From assembly GCA_012026655.1 (NCBI GenBank), contig JAAILG010001781.1:1-61942 (forward strand): DNA of 61,942 nucleotides, given 5' to 3'. The stretch comes from Hydrolagus affinis (lineage: Eukaryota). A program made the translations under genes and the position numbers. The notes beneath the pieces were generated by a model. That model did not search any database and was not told the DNA's origin. It saw only the letters and a program-made list of their open reading frames with translations. Of this stretch, positions 12,428 through 24,299 are shown one piece after another; position 1 is the stretch's first letter; each line of letters starts with the position of its first letter.

Positions 12428-12733
12428 CACAAACAGTTAATTGCGACCCAGTTCCATTAACCGCTCTATTACCCGGAATGACCAGGCTACAGTAATAGAT
12501 CCCAGAGACCTGGATGTCTGCAGCCAGGAGATTGAAGAAGGCGTTTCTTGAACCATTGAAACCAAATTCTTTCGTTTGATCCTCTCTGAGGAATCCATTC
12601 TCTCCCAGCTTCCACCAGTGAGCTCTCACACTCCTGGTGACAGGGAAGCCACAGGAGAACGTCGCCTTCTCACCTCTGTTGACAATGATATGATCCGGTT
12701 GTTGTGTCACTGTGAACACTGTACAGTCAGCAA
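12428..12733 (-). CDS. R1 exon 2, V-set Ig domain with germline J-like G strand
   Basis: Acceptor ctgacag|TT, donor TGTG|GTAAGT, 306 nt, phase 1-1. Contains FSC...HWWK...SGIYYC and NGTGSQLTV. Confidence 0.93.
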
Positions 12734-12763
12734 CTGTCAGAAATAAATTCAAACATTGTTTTA

Positions 12764-12863
12764 NNNNNNNNNNNNNNNNNNNNNNNNNNNNNNNNNNNNN
12801 NNNNNNNNNNNNNNNNNNNNNNNNNNNNNNNNNNNNNNNNNNNNNNNNNNNNNNNNNNNNNNN
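12764..12863. other. 100-N assembly gap in R1 intron 1
   Basis: Run of 100 N. Confidence 0.99.
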
Positions 12864-12917
12864 AGAAATGATCCACACTGTGAGAGACAGACACTGAAAC
12901 ACAACACTCGCCAACAT
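12864..12917 (-). CDS. R1 exon 1, signal peptide (MLASVVFQCLSLTVWIIS...); last 4 nt and the donor lie in the N gap
   Basis: ATG at 12917; the visible 54 nt match the R4 leader exon (52041-52098), which ends AAAG|GTTTGT. Confidence 0.85.
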
Positions 12918-13008
12918 CCTGATCTGTGACTGAGACTAACCCTAAAGCTGTGGCTGGTCTGTGACCAGGGGTTGGAGTTGATTGAGATGAGATGTGAGAG
13001 TGATGTTT

Positions 13009-13017
13009 GACTTCCTG
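13009..13017 (-). promoter_or_regulatory. ETS-type motif CAGGAAGTC upstream of R1
   Basis: About 90 nt 5' of the ATG; the same motif sits upstream of each leader. Confidence 0.5.
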
Positions 13018-13249
13018 ACCCTGTGGGCGCAGCTCGCGCTCTGTTTTAAGAAAAATGTTTCCAGACTTTCACCTTATGTGAGATACACTATATCAGTGAG
13101 ACCCTATGAGAAGACAATTCGCCATTTGCTCACAAGACTGGAGAGCCAACCTTGTCTATTAGTTGTTGAGAACTCGTTTCTCTAGCACTTGGGATCATTA
13201 TCGTTGCTTTTCTCTCCTTCCTCCTGAACTGGCTTCAGGGAATCTCCTA

Positions 13250-13655
13250 AATTACTGTGACCAAAACTCTCCCCATCCCACTAGTCCTTGTCAGACTCCA
13301 CTGGCTCCCTGTCACAAAACGGATCGACTTCAAGATTCTTACACTCATCTGCAAAACACTGCCAGCCCTCCTCCTTCCTGATGTAGTCAACCGATCTTTC
13401 ATCCACTCCTCCCTGAAACTAAGCAAAGCTCTCACTCATTCCCTCCTCCCCGCCTCTCCTTCCCTCATTCATATGATGAAGGAAAATGTTCCTTTTGGTG
13501 GGTGCTTAGAGTCAAAGACCTTTCTCTTCGACCGCGCCTTTGGTCACCTTTCTACCCCTGCCCTGGCTCGGTCCCGGGATCCGCTGATGTGAAGCGCTCT
13601 GAGACGCCGCCCGGCGTGGAGGGCGCTGTATAAATCGAAGTTGTTGTTGTTGTTG
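13250..13655 (+). mobile_element. L2 3' fragment
   Basis: RLHWLPVTKRIDFKILTL followed by the tail. Confidence 0.75.
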
Positions 13656-15612
13656 TCGCCTCTCCCTCACCCCCGTCACAGGGCGACAGGCACAGCCACT
13701 GCTGAGCTCTCGGAGAGGCTAAACAGTGCGAATGATGCTGTAGATATATTGTTGGTTCATTCCATAACAGTTTGAGCAAATGCTTCATTTTAATCTTAAA
13801 ATTAATTGTAAAGAGCATCTTTAATTTAGGCGAATGGCCATTCATATAAATTTGTATAAAACATTTGTAACTAGAAGAGCAGCCATTAAATAGTTCTCGG
13901 GAAATTAAACTTGATTCAAAGGCGTGTAATGTAACATGTGCCCGTGTCCACCACATGGGGCTGGACCATCAATGATGACTAAGTTACCAGCTTGAACTTC
14001 ACTGAACACTTTATTTTCGACAATTCAATATACGAAATCAAAGCTGTTATGTTTAGTTATGGTGTGCGATACAAAGATCTTTATTCTATGTGAGTGACCA
14101 CAACAAATATCATGTGAAAATACATAATAAAAACCTTATTTTCCTTCACAGCCGACCGCAGTCGTCACCCACGCAAAACAACTGCGATTCAATTCAAACA
14201 CAATTGAAATGGAATTTGTCACACACACTGAGTGCGACAAAACAGACACATGATGCAGTTTTTAAAACGATGGAAACTGTGTGTGTTTTGGCTGACCCTG
14301 TGGCGTGATGGAAAATGAATACAGATCGAAGACTAGACGCCTTTCGGATGCTTTTGTGCAGAGGGTTCTGTGGATACTGATCCATAGATTTACTGAACAA
14401 TCCACATCATTGTCGGCAGCAGTCAGACATAGCAAAACATATTTAATGATCTATAATCGATGTACAACTGGACTCAGGTAATGTCCTGAAACTGTTTTAA
14501 ATGTTTGTACTGGTTCCGTTCGCTGCATTATATTATGTTAGTAATTGTCGGCTTATTGGAGCCAAATTGACCAAGATGATGTAAAGTAGTTTGACCTGAG
14601 TCGAGGGAGAATGTCTGTGAAACTGGCAATATTTACCGGGTAGTAAACAAATAAGCGGTGGGTGATATTCTAGATATATTCCGACTCCCAAACGGTATAA
14701 ATCAGATGCCCTCAACTATATATGATATAGTGTAACAGTCTAGAATTTCTTAATCCGCTGGTTCCCCCAGTCAGTGCATCATTCCGTCGCTTCTGATCGT
14801 TTCTTCCTCACTTCATCTATAATTAAATAAGAAATGCAATTGTGAACATTAACAATCCTTTGATTCTATGATTAATTGTAACCAATGCTGCCGTTCGTGC
14901 TAACAAATGATATTTCACTATGAAAACATCGAGACTGTCAGCGTAAAATCTTTCAGCTATAATTTTAAACGACAATCAACCATATTCGGACAACACAGTT
15001 TTCATCGATATCGTGTCTTTCGCATTGGAAGGACGTCTGAAAGCGCTTGACACTATCGGTTGGGCAGCCGAGCTGGAGATGGAAACCAAAGTCTCAAACA
15101 ACTCAAACACAGAGCTGGCCTTAACTCTCAGCAGGTCAGGCACAGCGATGGAGAAAGGAAAGTGGGGAATGTTTATGGTCCATGTCCCTTCCTCAGAACC
15201 CTTTGTTATGAATGGCCAGGGACCTGAAAAATGGACTCACTTTCCGAGAGTTTGAATTAAGCAAAATGTTATCTGATATATAGTTCTATGGAGTATTCAG
15301 CAAGCAAACTGTACGACTGTTTATGGGACTCTGTTGGGGGAAACTTGCTCCCGCGAATGGACCACAACATATACAGTCACTGCTTCAGACGACTCGGAGA
15401 CATGCGATAGCGCTTTATCAAATGCAAGGATTATTATCATTAAATCACCTGCGTTGGAATTAGAAACGGTATTTAAATAAATGCAAATAGTCTCCAGTAA
15501 TAAGGTGTTTAACAAACAACGAAAGGCAGTAAAACAAGTTGGCGTCCTGCCATTCAAGACGAGCGACAAAGATGTATCAATGCAAGGATTATTATTATTA
15601 TTATTAAATTAC

Positions 15613-15908
15613 CTGAGTTGGATTTGGAAACTGTGAATCTGGAGACCGCTGGAATCCAGAGGCTGGTGAGAGACACAGAACAGGAAAAAAACAACCCCGC
15701 ATTACACAGGCAGCTTCTCTTCCAAATACCGCAGCTCAAAACCCTGTAACGACCTTTTGAATCCCTTTCTTCACTGGAATTAATCCCAGTTTTAATTTCA
15801 TTGCCATCTTTACTCCAGGTGAGCGTTATATCTTCAGAGTAAAACGCAGCCGTTTCACACACAAGAGTCAGAGAATCTCTGCGGAATATTTTCAGCGGGG
15901 TCGGGGGA
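15613..15908 (-). pseudogene. R2 orphan C1 pseudo-exon (1-nt deletion at the start, 21-nt internal deletion)
   Basis: Near copy of R0, 296 nt; has 5 G where R0 has 6 G just after the acceptor. Confidence 0.78.
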
Positions 15909-16344
15909 CTGGGGGACAGAGAATGGGCCAGAATCACGTTAATTGTTACCAACCACAACAACAAACTTACATCTAAGGAGCATCTCTCACGTCGGGAGGA
16001 CGTGGATCAGTTGGAATCTAAAACTTTATTCTAATTTGAATTCTACATTAACTGTTTCCTTGGAAGATTAGAGCAAGGAATCTACATTGTAACGGCAGGA
16101 AAGTGATATTTGTGCCCCTGGTGACAGTCACACGCTCGGGGACTTTAGATACTTTGATCGAAGAATCGTAAGCAAGTGCCAGAAACTAAAGTCAAACTAA
16201 AGTCATACATTAGAATAATGCGCCATGGAGTAAACAGTCGAGTAAAAGAGAAACAAACATGAGCGTGTGTATATAATATTTGGTACATGGAAACAAGCTT
16301 CCACATATTTCATAGAAGAACTAAATGAGAGAATAAACATATAA

Positions 16345-16396
16345 CTGTTCAAATAAAAACGAAGACAGACAGGTAGAGAAAGCCAGCGCTCCCCAT
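16345..16396 (-). pseudogene. R2 possible decayed leader exon (MGSAGFLYLSVFVFI*T)
   Basis: LYLS(V/L)F resembles the R3/R5 leaders and there is an upstream CAGGAAGTC; it has an in-frame TGA and no phase-1 GT donor. Confidence 0.4.
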
Positions 16397-18979
16397 GTCG
16401 GAATCCGGCTCCGGGGAGCTGTAACCTGCGACTTTTAGACACAGAGTGAGTAGCTGTGACACTGACTTCCTGTTTCACATCAGAGCAGCATTTCGTGTAA
16501 TAAGAAGCGTATCCGCTGTGACATCAGCAGTGCAGTGGGTGTGCGGCCGGTACAGATAATTTACTGCAACGGGATCGATGGAAACATTTCACAATCCGCG
16601 CTCTGTGTGTAACCTGAGAGAGCGAGACTCTTGTAATGGAATTATCCTTTGACATTTACAAATACAGCAGAACGTGTACGGTTTGAACTCGGGGTTGTTT
16701 CATATCAGGTCTGTTTTTAGCAGACACACCAATAAATCAACACCCACGCTTCAATTTCTTTCACCGCATTGGACTATTGCCCCACACATTGTTGAGCAGC
16801 TGTTAAGTTAGCCCTTACCAAGTGTTGTTTCGTTAATATTGATGAGACAGGGTGACGAGGGGAGACTGCTTTATAAAACTTGCTTTTAATTGAAAGACTG
16901 ATTGAGCTTGCTGACCAGCGGTCAGTAGAAGTCACACAGACTTATGTTTCGGAGCGTTCAACATTAGATAGTACAGTTTCCGAACAAAACGTTATTCTCT
17001 GAATTATGATACTAATTCAAGCTGAATAGGGGACATTCAGCTTGATACTAATATACAAGTAATAACAATATTTGCATTTGATGTAACGCCTTTGACGTTC
17101 TTCAAAATGCGCAATAGCGCTTCGCAGAATTTACAATAAAATAATTTATTTCATCTCTATGGGGATGGAAAGCCGCAGACAATTGCACGCAGCACTATCC
17201 CACAACATTCGTTGATTGAAGCAAACGTTTTATTGTTTTTTTTCTGGAGCGATTACTGTCAGGCCTGTGGAGTAAGGAAACTTGCCGAGGTTTCGGCTTA
17301 TCTTGAATTGAGCTACAGGATTACACTAAGTGTTTATTGATAGTATCAGGAGTGGGAGACCTGGCGCCCTGGGTTTAGCAATACGCCACTTGCTTGGCAT
17401 TTAAGGCTTGTAAACGATGAGCGCAGGGTGAAGCTGTGAATATTCACTTGGAGAAAAGAAAGTGTTATTTACTTGGAGGTTTCCGGATCACAAGGAGTAT
17501 AAATAAACTGTATTTGTACAATACGTTCAACGAAGGAAACGAATGATGTGGAAAAAGGTGACGTTCGTCCCTCTGATGTCAATCACGGATTCTGACATTA
17601 GTGTTACTTTGACCGAAAAATCACCAATGACTGTCAGAAAAAAATAACAAGGATTTGTACAGTAAAATAACTCCCCCATACCCGCTAAACCCCATGAATC
17701 TGAGCATCTTTGATGTGATGGTCTGTGACAAGCTGACTTGGAACACGGCTGCAGAAATGATTTAGTGAGAATGTTTATTTCCTCTTTTTATTTCCTGTCT
17801 CTGCCATCTCAGGAAATTGAGTTTGTGTTGAAAGTGCAATTTGTGAGGACACGTAATCAATAAAACTATGAGGAGTTTAACCCAATCCACAGTTGCACAT
17901 CAAAGATTTAAATGTATTATTGTGGCAGAATTCAAACTCACGTTGTGTAGGTAGGGATCCTGGGGTTGACTGATTCTAATTTGGTGGATCTTCAGATAGT
18001 TCCATACAGCTATTGATAGAAACCCATAGGCAACAAAATAATTAGATCCAAACAACTCGCCTGACATCTTCACGGATATCTGTGTAATGTTTCTTTGTTA
18101 GTTGGGTAACAAATACATGCAGAAACCCATCACTATGTTTAAGATCAGGCAAAGCAAACCAACAGCTCCATGGGTAGTGTGGAGTGGAGGAAATTCACAT
18201 CAATGACCTCCATGCAGGGACATTTCCTGTTGACCTAATCCAGAGATTCTTAAGAACAGGCAAACACCGAGTTCTGGGGCCTCTAGTTTGTCGTTTGCCA
18301 ATTGACAAAGGCACTTTGCTTGAAGTGCAGTAATTGTTGATATGTAGGCAAATTCCACTGTTAAACTGCGTCACATAATGCCAGGCAAGTGATCTAGATA
18401 TCGAGTACAAGGACGCCACAAATTGTTATTGATATCAGGAGTGGGAGACCTGGGTTTAGCAATATGCCACTTACTTGACGTTTAAGGTTTGTAAACGATG
18501 AGCACATGGGAAACTGAATATTCACTCAGAGAGAAGAAGGTGTTATTTTCTTGTTGGTTTCCAGATCGCAAATAGTATAAATAAACCGTACTCTAATAAT
18601 ACTTTTATGATGAAAAGGAATTGTGTAGAAAAAGGTGAAGTTTATCTCTCTGATGTCATTCACGGGTTCTGAGATTAGTGTTACTTTGACCGAAAAATCA
18701 CCAGTTAACTATCAGAAAAACATAACAAGCGTTTGTACAGTAAAAATACACCCACCCACCCAAACCCGATGATTCTGATCATCTTTCATGTGATGGTCTG
18801 TGACAAGCTGACTTATACAGTGAAACTATTTCCTGCAGTGGGAGAATCCAGAACAGGATGGTTTTATCCTCTCAACGTGAAATGTGCTCTAGAAATGTAA
18901 TTTTGCTGTTATTTTCTTGCTGTTTAACTTAATATAAAAGCTATCCCATTTACTCGTGAATTTAGGAAGCGGTTTTACA

Positions 18980-19270
18980 CCCAAAAGCTATTGGAAGTCT
19001 GGAACTCTATTTCCAAAAGGCTGTGGATCATGGATCCATTCACATTTTCAAAATGCAGGAAGATAGATGTTTGTTAGGTCAGGGTATTGAGGGATATTGG
19101 GCAATGCGCAGGTGGTGGGGGGGTGGCAGGGTGAGGGTGGGGGCGGGTGCAATTTGACTTGAGGAACTGATTAGCCATGATCTTATAAAACGGCAAATTT
19201 TAGAGGAGCTGAATAGATTACTCCGTTTTCTATATTTCTGTATTACCGTGTTTCATTATTTCTATATTTC
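18980..19270 (+). mobile_element. CR1 3' fragment; inverted paralog at about 53880-54200
   Basis: ggaagtctggaactct...gagggatattggg...agccatgatctta. Confidence 0.65.
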
Positions 19271-21949
19271 TGTTTCTATGCCTTGATTCTGAAAACATCA
19301 TTTGTGGTTGCAAAAACACTCAAACTGAATAGTGATGCTCAAACTTCGTTTTTATGTTTTATAGGTCTTCAGCCTTTGTATTTATAGAATGTGTGGTTAT
19401 TTTCACAGTTTTACTGAAGTGTGGTTTCACACTGCACCCAACACACCAGCTACAATTTCATTAACCCAAAGAAGCAGGAAGTCGGTGCCACAGCAATCTA
19501 CTCTATATCAAATTATTTACATTAACTTATTACAACCCATGAGAACCAGAGACAGACAGAGTGAGTGTTGTCTTTCATAGAATCAGAATTTTACAGTAAG
19601 TATATGATTTCCTTACTCCACAGGGGAAGACAATATTCAGGACATATTGTAACCAACCGTTGTGTTCAGATATATATTTCTAGATATATTTTTAAATGTA
19701 CCCTTCATGTTGGTAACAATAACAGCTTCAACGACAATAAACTTACATTTGTATAGCATTTTTAACGTTGGAGGGGATGTTAACAAATAAAGAACTTAAG
19801 AATATAAGAATGTGCGCGGCGAAAGAAGAGCAAGGAATGTCTAGTTTGCCTTCCAACAATCCAAACATCTCTTGACATGTTGTGTTCGAAACTATATACA
19901 GTATCCCGAGATAGTATTCCTGCTTGAAACAAACTGTACTTTCTGCTCCCAGCTCATGGTCACTCAAGGAGCTGCAATGTTACATTTTTGTTAAATGTTT
20001 TCAGATCCTCGCCATACCAGAAATATGCTATATAGTAGACCCTCGCAGAACGCAGGGTAAAATCGTGTTTGGTAAGCTTAATAAATAATGGGAAAAAAAG
20101 GGGTATGCGGAATCCATGCTCAGGCTGTCCAACCTCAAACCTTCAGGCACATCCACACCCGACCAACGCAAGGTGTGTACTGAGGCTGGCTACACCGGCT
20201 GGCCCGCTCTCCCCGCTCGCCACTCTCCGCGCTCTCACTGACTCACTAGATAGTAAAACAGCACCTTACACTACCACAGCTTAGTTAAATTATTTTACCT
20301 TTGGTCCTGGAAGTGTTAGGAGACTCTCTCTCTCTTCTGTTTACCACGCAATGCCATCAGGTTGCTCCGAGGCCGAGGAACCATCGGACTGCGGCAGGAG
20401 CTGACGACATCCTCTCAAGTGTGCGGTGCGCGGGAAACAAACTGCACTTTTGCAGCTCATGGTCACACGAGAAGCTGAAATGCTACATTTCTGTTAAATG
20501 TTTTCAGATCCTCGCCCTACCAGAAAGATGCTATATTTGTGTAAGTGGCATTCCTATAGAATCTGTACTGAACCCTTCACCTGGAAGCAGTCACGATATT
20601 TTAGCTGCCCAACGTCAGAGTAATATGAATTATAATTATTATATGTGTGTTTCTCTCATATGAAGGTTTTCGGCGTCACATCTAGGTATTTGTATGAGTG
20701 ATCAACTTGTATTTATTTTTCCTTCACTTCAATAAATGAACTGTAGAGTGAGAAAACTACAGCATACAGTACAGTACTGAAGTGCTGCATTAATTCCTTT
20801 CATCACCAGTTGGTCAAGAGCGATGATAATAATGATCTCCCGATTTGATAAACGGGTTATCACGCTTTGAAATCTGGTAATGGCATTTCTCAGGATTTAA
20901 TGTACTTTCTGATGCGTCACAGCAGGGGAACAAGGTAGTCAATTTTTGCAGAAAATTCTTGCAGAAAGTCATGAAAGAAATAATTTAAAAGAAAACAGAA
21001 ATCGCTGCGAGTTCTGGAGAAGGGTCGTGGACCCGAAATGTTTACTCACTTTTCCTTTCTCCATAGATGCTGCCTGACCTGCTAAGTGGTCCCAGCGATT
21101 TATGTTTTTGTTTCAGATTTTCACGTTTTTTCATCAATAAAAAGATAATGTTTACCCAGGGTCTTTCGCTAGGAAACCGGGAGAAAATCACTTCTGTTTT
21201 TGAGTATCAATGTAGGATATTTTACCTACAGCTGAGCAGATAAAACCGACCATAGGTAAAAGTTTCACTCGCTCCCTCATTACAGGATTTTTCCTGAACT
21301 GCTCTTGTCAACATTCAACCCATAATCTTGTGACTCAGCTACCAGAGTGTTGGGACAAGCTGACACTAAATGCTCGTCCTTGCATTTGACCGAGTGTCTT
21401 TATGAAACAGAAGTGTCTTAAAACACATTGCTGATAAGTTACCGAATTTATTTTCAAGCAAGCTAATGTTCCTTGGCAGACAAAATGCGCAATTTATTCA
21501 ACATTTTCATTCAAAACAATGCTTCGTGCACAGAATTTGATATTAATCTACCCTAACATCTCCTCCCTCCATAGGCTGGGGATCATCCAGAAGTCTGCAG
21601 CCCATGCCCAACCCATATATCAAATCACTTTATTATTTTAAAAACCTCAATCAGATCATCCTTCAATCTTCTGTACTTAAGGAAATAGAGAATTAAGATT
21701 TGGGAATGGAGAACAGAGGCATGGGGTTAATAGTGTCCGAAGTATATCAATCTGGTGGAGAATCACTTCGGATACTCAGCCTTTTCGCGGGAGCACATGT
21801 ATTAACTTGTTTCTTTATGCTACATATAGTGAAGATTTTTTTTCTCTTTTGCTCCATGTCACATAATCTAAGAAATCGGTGTTTGACCAATATCTGACTG
21901 AGTATCTCAGGAATCCATGTTTGTTTTATGCTCCACAGTATGCAGCAGG

Positions 21950-23035
21950 CAGGGAATGTACAACCAGATTTGGCTTCTCTGCAGAAATATTTGCGTTGCA
22001 GTCAAAGTCATTTGGTACCAGATGAAGTTAATTAATCCCCGTCAAATCCAGAGACAGACAGGGGTGTCCTCTGTCCTCTGACCTGTTTGTTTGCTGCATA
22101 ATGTGCCCTTTGTGCAGGCCCTCAGGAGACCCAACAACAAAACAGTTGTTACTAACCCAGGCAACCACGGCTTACAAATTCTTAGTGTACATGCATCATG
22201 TCACCATCATTTGTTCACACCAATGATTGATTGCAAGGCTACTGGGTATCTTTAATCAATCGGAATGGGATTTGGGCAGCGCAGCAACTACTAAAAAAAG
22301 TGAGATAATGTACTTTGGTGACTAGCATGACTGCAAGTCAACCCATTTTTAGTCAGCCCTGACCATATCAATGTCCTTGGCATCTGGTTGGGTGCTTTCT
22401 GGGTGTGCAATGAAAATTGGTGAGAGTGTCAGTCATAGTAGCAACAACAAGAACAACAAAATTACATTTGTATTGCGCCTTTCACATCAGGAGGACGTCC
22501 CAAGGCACTGGACAGGTTACCGCTTCAGACCAGAGCTAAGGACAGGAGGGGAGTCGCCGATGGGACCATTGAAGAGGAGAATCTCGAGGCAAGACTTGAA
22601 GGAGGCTAGGGAGGGTGCGAGGTGGAAGCACTTTGGGATGGAAGTTGGGGGCAGAGAGACTGAAGGCTTGTAAGTAAGTAGCAAGTACTGCAACAGTGGT
22701 GCAAACATCCGCTATCTATCACTGGGAAAAATCTAATCAGCTGGTGTGAAGTGATCTCAGTGTTGTTGAAAATGGCACATCTCTCATCCCAGACCCAGAC
22801 CCATGCCACTGTGTTCAACAGAGTCATCTGCTACTTTTTCTTGAGTTCCAAGATGATTGTGCCCGCAGGGCCACCATGCATAAGGGTTTAGTCATGGAAG
22901 GCCTCAATATGACAGCAGCAAATATCGCTAAGTGCCGGACTTGTATTTTTACTCAGTGTTGAGAAGGATCCATCAGGCATATCTGCCTCAGAAAGTTCCA
23001 TCCAGTTGAGGCATATGGAACCATCTGTCACATGA
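21950..23035 (+). mobile_element. Degenerate Tx1/L1-clade LINE RT fragment interrupted by an L2 tail
   Basis: RQGCPLSSDLFVCCI, YMHHVTI (degenerate YxDD), KSEIMYFG, LSLTGKNLI..CEV.SVLL across frameshifts. Confidence 0.65.
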
Positions 23036-24299
23036 CAAGAAACAACAACAAAATTACACGTGTTTAGTGCTTTTCATGTCAGGAGGACTTCCCAAGGTGC
23101 TGACTTGCAACACCGAGTCTACATGTCAGGTTGTGGAGTCCATCACAGAGAGCAAGGTGGTATACCCTGCACCCAACCGGCATTTTCTAGCCTTACAATA
23201 CAATTTAAAAAAATTATTTGTATAGCACCTTTCACATTGGGATTGGGAGAACATCTCAAGGGGCTGGGTTATCAAGAATTCAGAACTGAGCAAGGGGAGG
23301 TTGGGATAAGTTAACATAGAAGGCCACATAAAGTATGTGCAGGATGCTGGCGCCCACTGAATGCAGCGATTAGACATGTTTATAAGCGGTTAGTTTATCA
23401 TATCAAAGGGAAAGGCCATGGAGGACCTTGAATCTTGAATGCACTCTATTCTCAGTGGGATTGGGAGACAATTGGGATTGGGAGACAGGTGAAATGTGTG
23501 GGTACGGGAAGGGTGAGGGAGCCAGGTAATGGAGAGAATAGGAGCTGCAGGATTCTGGGTAACCTGCACCTCATGGAGGGAAGCAGGCAAGAATAACAAC
23601 AAAGTTACATTTGTATCGTTGACGTGGTCAAGCCTAGATGTGCTGAAAGTGAGAATGAGTTATTTCTGAGCGGTGAGGCAGTGGTGAAGCTGGGTGATTG
23701 CAGAGGTGGGATAATACAGAGTCATAGCTTGGACATTTTAGAGAAAGGATAGTTGAGCGTCAACCAAGAAGCCAGGATTCCTGGTTGGATCAGAGAGTTG
23801 GAGTGTGAATCATTGGATGGAAATGCTGCCTCTGTGTGGTTCAGAGGCACTCATAAAAGCCAATCAGGAGTACTTTGCTGTTCTTGACGTCCAACTGTGG
23901 AAAGCTATCTCTCCTTGGTATGATTCAATTGCAAAATTCATTTGCCAAGCAAACCCACATTGGTCCCAGCTCAACCATGGTTGCTTCAAGGACATTCACT
24001 GGTTGACAATTAGACATTCATTAAACACATGATATAGCCTTTGCTGGAAGGATATTGGAGAACAGAAATTCTCTGCATATCTCTTAGTGAGCAGCTCAAC
24101 ATAATTAAGCATAATCCCTACCCTCCTCTCCCTCTTGGGACCCCATCATCGAGATTGAGTGATGGCTGAAGTGTTGAGTAAGTCAACAAACAATACCCTC
24201 AAGATTTCTTTAAAGCTATAAATGCAGAAACATCACTTTACAGTATACAGTATACAGTAACATCACTTTACAGTATACAGTAACCTCTAAAGTGCTTTG

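Noticed and set aside
12420-12917. Single 165-aa ORF across the gap
   Set aside because: The frame continuity is an artefact of the 100-N placeholder; the paralog shows a 158-nt intron.
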